Part shown: positions 9,938-19,565 of the stretch, one piece after another | Layout of the letters: each line of letters starts with the position of its first letter | Numbering within the stretch: the stretch's first letter is position 1 | Source: Candidatus Woesebacteria bacterium GW2011_GWF1_31_35 | GTDB taxonomy: Bacteria; Patescibacteriota; Microgenomatia; UBA8517 | DNA: 64,000 bases | Assembly (NCBI GenBank): GCA_001029755.1 | Contig: CP011214.1 | Coordinates: 1,754-65,753, forward strand | Direction of reading: 5' to 3' | Position numbers and translations under genes: made by a program | Notes under the pieces: generated by a model | Told to the model about the DNA's origin: nothing | What the model saw: the letters and a program-made list of their open reading frames with translations, nothing else | Database searches by the model: none

Positions 9938-10515
9938 ATAACTCTTCCTATTATAAATAACATATACAAAACCGCCAATATTAAATATTTTCGATTTACA
10001 GATTTAGAAGCAATGTTAATATATATTAATAAAACAGGAAGAAGGAAGGCTAAATTTCTTTTACCAAGTAAAAATGTAAATAAAGATATTCCCAGTGTCC
10101 AAAAAATAAGTTTAAAGTTTCTATTTTTTATTAAGCTTATTAAACCCAAAACCCAAAATGGGAAAAGTATTCCTGCTATTGGTTCTACGCCAGAAGGTGA
10201 AAATCTAGTTCCATCTCCTGCCTGGAAATAAGGTCTAGGTGAGGTGTAACTTAAAAATGAGAAAAAGTTATCAAGCATTACATAGACTTTGTTATAATAA
10301 ATTTTTGATAATAAGTCTTCTTTTTCATTTCCAAAAGCATTCCACCTAACTTCTTGGATTTTCATAAGATTATCACTAGAAAAAATCGAACTAATATTTT
10401 TTTTGAAATATGAAGGTGCCATTTTCCATTCGAGTACTATACTTTTTAAATTAAATAAATTCCACCAAAATCCTGCTGTCAATATTATTAGTAATAGTGT
10501 TTTTTTATTCTTCAT
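9922..10515 (-). CDS. Short (197 aa) membrane ORF resembling only the central region of the GT39 paralogs; truncated paralog or possible pseudogene remnant
   Basis: The stretch ...SPRPYFQAGDGTRFSPSGVEPIAGILFPFWVLGLISLIKNRNFKL aligns by eye with YFSPSFLILDGPAETTYGMVKGFGVLSYIEIFGLFFLIINFKKFK of the paralog at 10528..11979. It lacks both the N-terminal DE-motif region and the C-terminal soluble domain. Confidence 0.4.
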   Translation of the reverse strand: MKNKKTLLLIILTAGFWWNLFNLKSIVLEWKMAPSYFKKNISSIFSSDNLMKIQEVRWNAFGNEKEDLLSKIYYNKVYVMLDNFFSFLSYTSPRPYFQAGDGTRFSPSGVEPIAGILFPFWVLGLISLIKNRNFKLIFWTLGISLFTFLLGKRNLAFLLPVLLIYINIASKSVNRKYLILAVLYMLFIIGRVIWLKN

Positions 10516-10527
10516 TTTTAAAAAAAA

Positions 10528-11979
10528 TTACTTGAATACGAACTTTCCAAGTTTATATTTTGGCATTTGATCCACCCAATTAACTCCAATTTCTTCAAAC
10601 TTCCAAAGTTTAGTTTCCTCTTGATAGAACTTGGGGTCAATCTTTCCTGCAAATGCAATATAAATATGAGGCTCTGAAAGTGTTTTAGAAACTATTATCT
10701 CATCAAATTTATCAGAATTATTAGTTATCTCAACTGCTTTTTCTAAATTACCTGAAAGCATACCGTCGGCTGATTTAGTTGGACTTTCAATTAAATATTT
10801 TTGAAAAAAGACAATAAAACCAAATAGAACAACTAGACCTAATAAGTATTTGACATTTTTGTTACTTTCTATTAATTTATAAATCCCTAACCCTGCTAAA
10901 ATTTGTAAAACAGGAATCATTGATATTGCTCGATTAGCAGCATAGCCTACTCCTGTTGATAAACTTGCTGGAAGTGGTGAAATTAAAAGCCATAATATTA
11001 AAAAATAAATAATTTTTTTGTCTTTAAATTTTTTAAAATTAATAATTAAAAAAAATAATCCAAATATTTCAATATAAGATAAAACTCCAAAACCTTTAAC
11101 CATTCCATAAGTTGTTTCGGCTGGACCATCTAAAATCAAAAAACTAGGAGAAAAGTATTGAAGATAATTATTTATAAATCTACTTATAACGACTTGGTAT
11201 TTATTATGAAGTAACTTTGCTAGAGTTGGGTTCATTCCATTTTGAATTAAAACAATTTTTGCCTTAGCACCATCTTCTAATGCACCACTGGTAATACTTC
11301 TTTCCGCGACTCTTGCACCAGCTCCTAGATTAAAGGTATAAATTGTTAATATTACAAACAATCCAAAAACTAATAGTGGTTTAAGTATTTTTTTAGATAA
11401 ATTGTTTTTAAAAAATACTAATAACAAAATTATTATTAAAGGTGTAATTAACTTGGCTGAATGATAAGTAAACATATTTACACCAAAGACAGTCATGGAT
11501 AAATAGTATTTTTCTACTAAAAATAAATAAATTCCCAAAGGAAGAAATAGTGTAATTAAATTGGCTTCAAACGCTCCTCTACTCATCATAATATGCCAAG
11601 GACTAATAGTTAGTAAAAACGCAATTAAAATACCATATTTTTTATCGGAAAAAAGTTTATTTGAAAGTAAGTACAAAACATAAACAGCTAAGGTACCAAT
11701 TAAAGCATTTGGAAGCCTTACTGCAAACTTAGTTAATCCAAATATAAAAACAGAAGGAATTGTTAAATAAGCATAAATAGGTGCTTTATAATCTCCAAAG
11801 GATTTTAGAACTAAAGGAAATGCATTCCCCCATTGGTCTTTACCTGTTTTTAAAATTGAATAAGCATCATATCCAAAAGAGGCTTCATCAGGCGTAAATC
11901 CTACTGGATATTTATCAAGTGCTACAACACGAAGAAGAAAAGATAAAGCTAAAATGAGAGGTAATATCCACTTTTTCAT
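10528..11979 (-). CDS. GT39/PMT/ArnT-like GT-C membrane glycosyltransferase (paralog 5)
   Basis: It carries TPDEASFGYDAYSILKTGKDQWGNAFPLVLKSFGDYKAPIYAY, and its C-terminus has SEPHIYIAFAGKIDPKFYQ. Confidence 0.8.
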   Translation of the reverse strand: MKKWILPLILALSFLLRVVALDKYPVGFTPDEASFGYDAYSILKTGKDQWGNAFPLVLKSFGDYKAPIYAYLTIPSVFIFGLTKFAVRLPNALIGTLAVYVLYLLSNKLFSDKKYGILIAFLLTISPWHIMMSRGAFEANLITLFLPLGIYLFLVEKYYLSMTVFGVNMFTYHSAKLITPLIIILLLVFFKNNLSKKILKPLLVFGLFVILTIYTFNLGAGARVAERSITSGALEDGAKAKIVLIQNGMNPTLAKLLHNKYQVVISRFINNYLQYFSPSFLILDGPAETTYGMVKGFGVLSYIEIFGLFFLIINFKKFKDKKIIYFLILWLLISPLPASLSTGVGYAANRAISMIPVLQILAGLGIYKLIESNKNVKYLLGLVVLFGFIVFFQKYLIESPTKSADGMLSGNLEKAVEITNNSDKFDEIIVSKTLSEPHIYIAFAGKIDPKFYQEETKLWKFEEIGVNWVDQMPKYKLGKFVFK

Positions 11980-13232
11980 TTAATCTCATTATATCGCGTG
12001 TAGAGCTTCAAGAGAAGGATAAACAATAAAAATCCTAAAATTCTTGGCATTAATCTGTCTCCAAATGATAAAAATGAAATAATTATATTTATCTTTGGAG
12101 TAAACCAAAAGTTATACATTCCTAATAAACTAATAGTTGTAATTAACCAATACTCCCAATTAGCTACAACGCCTGTTGTTAACAAAATGGTTAAATATGG
12201 GAAAAGTGGATAAAGATATCTTTCATGCATATTTGTCAAAAGCACAAAACTCGCAAAAGCTGTTAAAGCTAGCGTCCATGCAACTACTTTTAAATCACTA
12301 TTTTTATAAACTTTAAAAAGAAGTGGTATATAGGAAATAGTAAATAAAATATAACCCCAGATTTGATAGGTAAACCCAAAGAAAGGTAGAAAGTCTTTGA
12401 TTTCAACCGCAGAGTCCTTCACCCCAAAGATAGTTCCCCATAAATTAAATGCATTAGCAGTAACCACGTGTAATTGATCAATAAAAACTTTATCCTTATA
12501 AAGATAATAAAGCCAAAAGAAAGGTTCACCCTGTGAGAAAGGTAAGGTTATTAATGCAACCACAGTCAAAGACAACACTAATGACAAAATATACTTTTTG
12601 AAAGAATACTTTTGACGTATTGCAATAATTAAAAATATAGGAGCAAAAATTAAAAGGGAAGCTTTAATATAAATTGATAATACAAAGGCAATAATTGCAA
12701 ACAATAACTTTTTTTTATTGAGTAGATAAAATGCAAGAAGAGCAAAAAAATTAATCACTGAGTCATACTGTCCCCAAACTGATGAGTTATACCAAATAAC
12801 TGGGTTTATTAAAAAAATTAAACTTGCCCATTTTTTATTTGTCCATTTATAAATTAAATAGGCAATACCAAAATCCGCTAGAATGGCGGGGAGTTTAAGT
12901 ATGGCTGGATATAAATTTGTTTCAAAGAAAGTAATTACAATTGATGGAAATGCAGGAATTTTTGTATTAATTATCCAAAAGATGCCAAAGATAAATTCAA
13001 AAAATTTTCTAATCCCTGCAAACATATATATCGTCCCAGGAGGTTGATTTGGCCAAGTAAAATTCCAAACATTTTCTGTATAAAACTTTGCGGGACCATA
13101 CTGCCAAAACCTAATACCCCAATCAAAATGATTATTTAAATCAGGATGCCAAATTAAAAAGGATAATATAAGTCTAAAACAGAAAGCTACAAAAAAAATC
13201 CAAAATATCTTCGATCTAATTAGTTTTCGCAT
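11976..13232 (-). CDS. Polytopic membrane protein, GT-C-like (DUF2029/GT87-like); paralog of 13216..14472
   Basis: It is 418 aa. It shares the motif WYNSSVWGQYDS (versus WYNSSLWGQTES in its neighbour) and the C-terminal MHERYLYP (versus MHERYFYP). Confidence 0.5.
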   Translation of the reverse strand: MRKLIRSKIFWIFFVAFCFRLILSFLIWHPDLNNHFDWGIRFWQYGPAKFYTENVWNFTWPNQPPGTIYMFAGIRKFFEFIFGIFWIINTKIPAFPSIVITFFETNLYPAILKLPAILADFGIAYLIYKWTNKKWASLIFLINPVIWYNSSVWGQYDSVINFFALLAFYLLNKKKLLFAIIAFVLSIYIKASLLIFAPIFLIIAIRQKYSFKKYILSLVLSLTVVALITLPFSQGEPFFWLYYLYKDKVFIDQLHVVTANAFNLWGTIFGVKDSAVEIKDFLPFFGFTYQIWGYILFTISYIPLLFKVYKNSDLKVVAWTLALTAFASFVLLTNMHERYLYPLFPYLTILLTTGVVANWEYWLITTISLLGMYNFWFTPKINIIISFLSFGDRLMPRILGFLLFILLLKLYTRYNEIK

Positions 13233-14472
13233 AATCTTTTAAAAATAAATAGATTAGATAAATAAAAAATATCAGATTCAATGTTAGTAGAATTTTTTCA
13301 AAAAAATGATTCGAAAATATGCTAACCAATATATCAATTTTTGGTACCCACCAAAAATGATATAGGTTCAATAAATGCATTGTAGAAAAGAAGTAAAAAA
13401 GTTTCCTAATTTTTTTATCAGCTACAGCTACAGGAATCAAAAGAACCAAAACAGGGTAAAAATATCTTTCATGCATCCTTGGTAAAAACATGAATGCGAT
13501 AAATGATAAAATCGTTGCCATCAATAAAATAGACTTCGTTCCAAAATTCTTTTTTAGTAACAAAATAAATGGTGCAATAGCAGAAATGATATAAACTCCT
13601 TTTCCTAAAATATTTGCAGGTATTCCCAAAAATAGAGACGTATCAGGCCTATTATCAAAACCAAAAAATAATGCCCAAAAATTAAAGGCGTTGGCAACCA
13701 TATATCCAAGTACACCATTCAAACTTCTTAAATAAAATGATATTACCCATGTTAATAATCCATTTGGATGGAAAGGAAAATATAAACTAAGGATAAGAAT
13801 TAGAGAAAACAGCATACCAATAAATATTTCTTTAATTTTACCTTTCCTAAAAAGCCAATAAACAAATACAGGGAAAGCAAAAAACGCTGTTGGCTTAGTC
13901 AATAATGCCAAAGTATAAATAAGCATCGAACTTTTTAATTTTCCTTTATGAAGTAAATAAAACGCACCAATCATTGGAAGCGCAAAGATACTTTCTGTCT
14001 GTCCCCAAAGACTGGAGTTGTACCAAAAAACAGGAAAAAAGGCAAATATTTTGGCAGCCAAAAGTCCGGCTTTTTTATCTTTAAGATCTTTAGCAAAAAG
14101 ATATAAAACGTATATTATTCCTAAATCAGAAAATATTGCAGGTAGTTTGTTAAAAACATACCACCCCTGAGGTGATTCTAACCAGAAAATCAAATTTGAA
14201 GGGAAAATTTTAATGTTTACATTTAAAAACCAGACAACTTGCCAAAAGATATTGTGTAAAATACCTGTAAACCAAAAAAGATATGACGTCACTGGTGGAT
14301 AAATCGGTTGCGTGGCATTAGCAATATTATGATCATAAAAACCAGTTAATCCATTGGAAACTAGATCTCTTGTCCACCAATAAAAATCATTGACGTCTCC
14401 ATGATACCCTAAGAAAGAAACAACAAGTCTTAATAATAATGCCAGTAAAATTATCTTAAATATTTTTTTCAT
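13216..14472 (-). CDS. Polytopic membrane protein, GT-C-like (DUF2029/GT87-like); paralog of 11976..13232
   Basis: See the neighbouring paralog. The motif HGDVNDFYWW follows the first helix. Confidence 0.5.
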   Translation of the reverse strand: MKKIFKIILLALLLRLVVSFLGYHGDVNDFYWWTRDLVSNGLTGFYDHNIANATQPIYPPVTSYLFWFTGILHNIFWQVVWFLNVNIKIFPSNLIFWLESPQGWYVFNKLPAIFSDLGIIYVLYLFAKDLKDKKAGLLAAKIFAFFPVFWYNSSLWGQTESIFALPMIGAFYLLHKGKLKSSMLIYTLALLTKPTAFFAFPVFVYWLFRKGKIKEIFIGMLFSLILILSLYFPFHPNGLLTWVISFYLRSLNGVLGYMVANAFNFWALFFGFDNRPDTSLFLGIPANILGKGVYIISAIAPFILLLKKNFGTKSILLMATILSFIAFMFLPRMHERYFYPVLVLLIPVAVADKKIRKLFYFFSTMHLLNLYHFWWVPKIDILVSIFSNHFFEKILLTLNLIFFIYLIYLFLKDYAKTN

Positions 14473-14499
14473 GAAATATTAAATCTACTTGATTAATAA

Positions 14500-16218
14500 T
14501 CATTTTGCTTTTGTAAATAAGTAAAAAGCTGGTTCACCTGATGGAAATGCTATTGATTTAATCAAGGTCAGTCCATTTGGTTTTTTAGTAGGATCCATAA
14601 TCAGGTTCCAAGGAATTTCTTTTGCAGAAGCTAAATATAAATCTTTTTCTGTAATTACTTTTTCTAACCCATAAATTCCATTTTCATCTTTATTCGGAGA
14701 CCCAAAATAAAATTTACCGGTATGAGAAATTTTTCCAAAACCGGCAACTTCTACATCATTTCCTATAGGAAACTCTTTTTGCCAAAGAGAAGGTGGATAC
14801 TCATACCAACCAGCAAAAAATATCCAAGCAGGTTCATCTGCCATTGTAATTATTACTTTATCGTAATCTTTTTCAATTCCTTTAATGGTTTGGATTGATT
14901 CTTTCCAACCTGTGTGCCACCAACGTTCAGAATCCCAAGGATAGTGAATATAATATAAATGTAAGTAACTTCCAAACTCTAAAATTAAAATAGCAAAATA
15001 AATAATTATTACTATTTTTTTCATTTCAAATAACTTTTTAACTCCATATGAAATTAAAAATATTAGTGGTGGAAGAATCAAGATAAGACGAGTGGCATGA
15101 TTTCCGCCATCACGTGTTATGGAAGCCGGAATAATTCCTGCAATAATCCAAAATAGAATAAATAACTTTAATTTGAAATTTTGATTTTTGTCTGAAATAA
15201 ATAGAATTAAACCTAATATTATTGCAATAAATTCTACTTTATAAAATTCTCCTACCCCAGTTGACGAATGTCTTGGATTAGGATCTCCCTTGGCAAACAA
15301 AAATTCAACTGAAAGGCTTTCTAAAAAATTATTTGAAATAGTATTTCCCCAAAATACAAATTTATTATGCATTATCCTATCTAATAGTTTTGGAGATAAG
15401 CCAGTTCCAGTTTCACCTCTAAACCTACTATCTTGTAATCTTAATGTCCCCACTTCAGGTTCCACAATTGGATCTGAAAAAACACTTATATAATTAAATC
15501 TTTGTCCTCCACCAGAAAATAAAACTGCATAAGAAGTAATTCCGCCTAAAATTAAAAGAGTTATTAATGTATTTATTAAATATTTTTTTGGAAGAGAAAA
15601 TATTTCTTTCTTAAAAAAAATAATTAAAAATACTAAAAGAAAAGGAGTAAATAATTTCGCAGTACTATAAATTAATGGTGTTAAAACTAAAAGTCCTGCA
15701 GAAAGCCATAAATATTTCCCATTCTTCAAACTTTTAAAGAAGATATAAAGTCCAAAAAGTAAAAACGTTAATAACATTGTAACTTCAAAGCCAGTGCGGG
15801 AATATTGTAAATGCCAAGGATTAATTGCTAAAATTGCTGCTGAAATTAAACCCAAATTTTTATTATCAGTTAATTCTTTAATTAAAAGATAAATTCCTAA
15901 AATTCCTAATATCCCAAAAATGGCAGCAGGTAGACGAACACCTAAGGCGTTTATTCCAAAAATTGCTACGGTTGGAACTGCAGAGTATAGATATAAAGGT
16001 GTCCTCCATTCAGCTAAACTTTGAAAATGCAGTGGCATAAAATTTCCTGAATAATCTTTCCCTGTTTTTAAAATAGAATATGCATGATATCCAACATCTA
16101 ACTCGTCCCCAAAAAGTGAGACAGGATCAGAAGAAATCTTGTATAACCTCAAAAATGAAGCTACTAATAAAATTACTATTAATATGACGTTTTTAAAAAT
16201 TATCTTTTTCAAATTCAC
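14500..16218 (-). CDS. GT39/PMT/ArnT-like GT-C membrane glycosyltransferase (paralog 6)
   Basis: It carries FGDELDVGYHAYSILKTGKDYSGNFMPLHFQSLAEWRTPLYLY. It is polytopic with a C-terminal soluble domain. Confidence 0.75.
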   Translation of the reverse strand: MNLKKIIFKNVILIVILLVASFLRLYKISSDPVSLFGDELDVGYHAYSILKTGKDYSGNFMPLHFQSLAEWRTPLYLYSAVPTVAIFGINALGVRLPAAIFGILGILGIYLLIKELTDNKNLGLISAAILAINPWHLQYSRTGFEVTMLLTFLLFGLYIFFKSLKNGKYLWLSAGLLVLTPLIYSTAKLFTPFLLVFLIIFFKKEIFSLPKKYLINTLITLLILGGITSYAVLFSGGGQRFNYISVFSDPIVEPEVGTLRLQDSRFRGETGTGLSPKLLDRIMHNKFVFWGNTISNNFLESLSVEFLFAKGDPNPRHSSTGVGEFYKVEFIAIILGLILFISDKNQNFKLKLFILFWIIAGIIPASITRDGGNHATRLILILPPLIFLISYGVKKLFEMKKIVIIIYFAILILEFGSYLHLYYIHYPWDSERWWHTGWKESIQTIKGIEKDYDKVIITMADEPAWIFFAGWYEYPPSLWQKEFPIGNDVEVAGFGKISHTGKFYFGSPNKDENGIYGLEKVITEKDLYLASAKEIPWNLIMDPTKKPNGLTLIKSIAFPSGEPAFYLFTKAK

Positions 16219-16280
16219 ACTTAAATAATACCACTATTTTAGTAGTTTAATAATTTAAAGTTAAAAAATTTTAATAAGTT

Positions 16281-17171
16281 TTAAGAAAACATAGAAAGGA
16301 TTGCCTCATCACTAACTTTCCCTTCCTTAATCTCTTTCTTTCTAGCCTTTAAAACAATCTTAAGACGCATCAATGCCATGAAAACTACTCTTAAGTAACC
16401 AGGGTGTTTTAAACTTCTACTTAATAATCCTACAATGTGTTTTTTGATTAAATTTTTACTGTGAATATTTTTCCAAATTACTAATAATTGATTTCTTTCC
16501 TTTACTCTTCCAACATATTTTTGTGGAAGTTTTGATATTGTTGACTCATGATGATGGATACAATTACCATTTGGTTCCCAAAGATTAATATAGCCTCTTT
16601 TGATTGCTCTATAACCTAAATCTACATCTTCCCAATAAAAAGGAGATAATAATTTTTCATCCATACCACCTAGTTCTTTCCATAAAGATTTTCTAAATAA
16701 TCCACTTCCACCGCTAACATAAAGGCAGGGATGAAGTGCATTATCCTCTTTTCCCATGGCAAGTTGAATATATCCGTCTCCAAAATATCCTTTTTCATAT
16801 CCATAATCTTTTTCATGCAAAGAAACCGCAAATACTTTCTTATTATCAAAATGGGGCAAAGAAGACTCCAAAAAATTAACTTCTGGAATTACATCAATAT
16901 TTATAAGAAGAATCAAATCTCCAGTGGATGCTCTAACTCCTGTATTTACACTAGCTGAAAACCCTCTATTTTTGGTATGTTTTATAAGTTTAATTCTTCC
17001 TTTAAAATTTTGAGTTAAAAATGAAACACTATCATCCCAAGAACCATCATCAACAATAATAATTTCACAAATATTATTTTTAGGGTTATTAGAGGCAGCT
17101 AAAAGTATTGGAAGATTTTTCTCCAAGATAGTTTTACCGTTTAAACTAGGCATTACAACAGATACTTTCAT
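16281..17171 (-). CDS. GT2 family glycosyltransferase
   Basis: It carries VSVVMPSLNGKT...IIIVDDGSWDDS...INIDV. Confidence 0.8.
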   Translation of the reverse strand: MKVSVVMPSLNGKTILEKNLPILLAASNNPKNNICEIIIVDDGSWDDSVSFLTQNFKGRIKLIKHTKNRGFSASVNTGVRASTGDLILLINIDVIPEVNFLESSLPHFDNKKVFAVSLHEKDYGYEKGYFGDGYIQLAMGKEDNALHPCLYVSGGSGLFRKSLWKELGGMDEKLLSPFYWEDVDLGYRAIKRGYINLWEPNGNCIHHHESTISKLPQKYVGRVKERNQLLVIWKNIHSKNLIKKHIVGLLSRSLKHPGYLRVVFMALMRLKIVLKARKKEIKEGKVSDEAILSMFS

Positions 17172-17176
17172 ATTAT

Positions 17177-17848
17177 TTATTTTCTAACCTTTACCAAGTG
17201 TAACATTTTTAAATGAAATTTTTTATCCACTTCCACCTTAAAACCGGCTTTTTTACAAAGTGTAGGAAGAAAGTTTTCTCTATATGTTTGAATATGAGTA
17301 TCTTTCCATACCCAACCTCTTGGATAAAAGGTTAACCATAACCACCAAACTATTTTAAATAAATCATTATCAGAAGGAACTAAAAATACCCCAAAACCAT
17401 TTTTCTTTAATACTCTTTTAACTTCAAGTAATACTTTTAAAGGATTCTCAACATGTTCTAATACTTCCATAATATAAACAGCATCAAATTCATCTGATTT
17501 AAATTTGAGTTCCTGTGCATCCCCCACTATAAATTTCATTTTTTTATTTTTCTTCCAATGTTTCTTTGCCCAATTAATTGAAGTCTTAATTACATCAATA
17601 CCAATTAAAGAAGAAGCATTAGTTGCATCCAATATTACTTTTGAAAACATTCCATCTGCACATCCTATGTCTAAAACTTTATCGACAGGTTCTGATATTT
17701 TGGTTACTTCCTCAAACCTTCTTTTGTGCCAATATCTTTGAAAAATATCTACCTTTAAAGACTGATAATACCAATCAGCAGGAACATTCTCATGAAGTTC
17801 AACAGCTTTTGATTTTTTTTTAATTTTATTCACTTTAATATTTGACAT
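17177..17848 (-). CDS. Class I SAM-dependent methyltransferase
   Basis: It carries VLDIGCADGMF (motif I) ...FDAVYIMEVLEHVENP...LKKNGFGVF. Confidence 0.8.
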   Translation of the reverse strand: MSNIKVNKIKKKSKAVELHENVPADWYYQSLKVDIFQRYWHKRRFEEVTKISEPVDKVLDIGCADGMFSKVILDATNASSLIGIDVIKTSINWAKKHWKKNKKMKFIVGDAQELKFKSDEFDAVYIMEVLEHVENPLKVLLEVKRVLKKNGFGVFLVPSDNDLFKIVWWLWLTFYPRGWVWKDTHIQTYRENFLPTLCKKAGFKVEVDKKFHLKMLHLVKVRK

Positions 17849-18867
17849 ACATTTTTTTTAAAAAACTCATAACTATATTTTAAAGATGATTTTTTAGCTT
17901 CTGTTGAAATATCTTTATAAAGTCCACCTGTTTTTGTGATTTTTTCTGTAATCCTTATTAAATCTTTCTTATTTTGCCACAAAAAACCATTTTCACCACT
18001 AGTAATTATTTCTTTATAACCACCGGCATTATAAACAACAGGAACACATCCTGCTGACATGCTTTCAATTAAACTAATTCCAAAATGTTCTACTTTTTCA
18101 GGACTACTTGTTTCATTCACCTCGTAACCAGCAGCTGACCAAAAAAATTTGGATTTCCCATATATTTCTTTTAGTTTATTAAAATCAGGACTTTCTACAA
18201 ACTCAATATTAATATTTTTATTTAAAGTCTTTAATCTATTCAAATAGTTTCCAACACCAACTTCAATTCCACCTGCTAAAATTAATTTCCAATCAGTAAA
18301 ACCTTTCTCTTTTATTAAGTTTTTAAAAACATCAATTAAAATTTCATGACCTTTATTCTGAACAAGATTTGAAAATCTTCCGACATATAAAATTATATTT
18401 TCTTTTCTTTTAGATTTAATAGAAAGAATATCAACAGGTGGGTAAATAACCAAGCTATTAACTCCATATTCTTTATCAATCACTTTCTTTGTAAAATTTG
18501 AATTACAAATTATTTTATTAATCCTAAAAAGTTTCATCTTATTTAAAAGTGTTTTTCCGTTAACATTTTTAAAAGGAACTTGAAAATGAAGAAAATTAGT
18601 TCTAGCTCTTAATGTTGGAATACTTCCATCGCTTATCCAAAAACAAATATCATAGTTTTCACCCCTTTTGATATCATCAACAAAATTGATATTTTCCGAT
18701 AATTTAATACCGAATCGATTTTGTATTTTTTCTTTCATTGATTTATCTTTCCACTCAATATCAACGACATACCCCTCATCTGCCAAAACTTTAGCAAAAA
18801 ATATTGTGTATCTTTCCCCACCCCCAAGTGTATCTAGATACGGGTTGAAAATTGCTGCTTTTCCCAT
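17830..18867 (-). CDS. GT4 (GT-B fold) glycosyltransferase
   Basis: The C-terminal half has VEHFGISLIESMSAGCVPVV, an E-x7-E / EXFG-type GT4 motif. Confidence 0.75.
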   Translation of the reverse strand: MGKAAIFNPYLDTLGGGERYTIFFAKVLADEGYVVDIEWKDKSMKEKIQNRFGIKLSENINFVDDIKRGENYDICFWISDGSIPTLRARTNFLHFQVPFKNVNGKTLLNKMKLFRINKIICNSNFTKKVIDKEYGVNSLVIYPPVDILSIKSKRKENIILYVGRFSNLVQNKGHEILIDVFKNLIKEKGFTDWKLILAGGIEVGVGNYLNRLKTLNKNINIEFVESPDFNKLKEIYGKSKFFWSAAGYEVNETSSPEKVEHFGISLIESMSAGCVPVVYNAGGYKEIITSGENGFLWQNKKDLIRITEKITKTGGLYKDISTEAKKSSLKYSYEFFKKNVCQILK

Positions 18868-19565
18868 AATTTAGAATATGAAATTAACCTGCTGTAAACT
18901 TGATAGAATGCATATATTACTCCTAATGAACCATCCATAAAAGCCCTTTGTTTAAAAAATCTTAAATAAAATTCGCGACACCCTGCTGAAAAGAATCTAA
19001 AAATATTCATTTTAGGATGATTTGCGCTAAACATTAACTGTCCTTCAATTTCGGACCAATTATTTGTTTTATCTAACATTTCACTAATTGTTAGATCTTT
19101 ATGATGAATTATAGAATTATCAATTTTACCTAATTTTCCCTCAAATTCAGGTGTCTCATGAAGATCACCTTGCCATTTTTTAAAATTCTTCTTTAAAAAA
19201 AGTCTCTTTTGATAATCAGGATATTGTCCGCCATATTTAAATTCTTTACCAAAAATAATATTTTTCCTAGGTATTTTAAATCCCGTAAACATAATTTTTG
19301 GATTATTAATAATATTATTAATTTCTTTTTGTAAACTCGTGGTTACTTCTTCATCAGTATCAATGTAAAGAATCCAATCACCAATTGCTTTTTTATGTCC
19401 TAAGTTTCTCCATTCAGAAAAACTTCCCTGTTGGTTTTTTGTTTCAACTCGAACTATTTCGTCAGCCCATGAAACTGAATTTAGACATTTTTTAAATAAA
19501 CCATCATTAATTTTTTCTCCTACTAAAATAATTACTGAAATTTTCATTTTTTGCTGTTTAGCCAT
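18834..19565 (-). CDS. GT2-like glycosyltransferase
   Basis: It carries KISVIILVGEKINDGLFKKCLNSV...YIDTDEEV. Confidence 0.5.
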   Translation of the reverse strand: MAKQQKMKISVIILVGEKINDGLFKKCLNSVSWADEIVRVETKNQQGSFSEWRNLGHKKAIGDWILYIDTDEEVTTSLQKEINNIINNPKIMFTGFKIPRKNIIFGKEFKYGGQYPDYQKRLFLKKNFKKWQGDLHETPEFEGKLGKIDNSIIHHKDLTISEMLDKTNNWSEIEGQLMFSANHPKMNIFRFFSAGCREFYLRFFKQRAFMDGSLGVIYAFYQVYSRLISYSKLWEKQQFSTRI

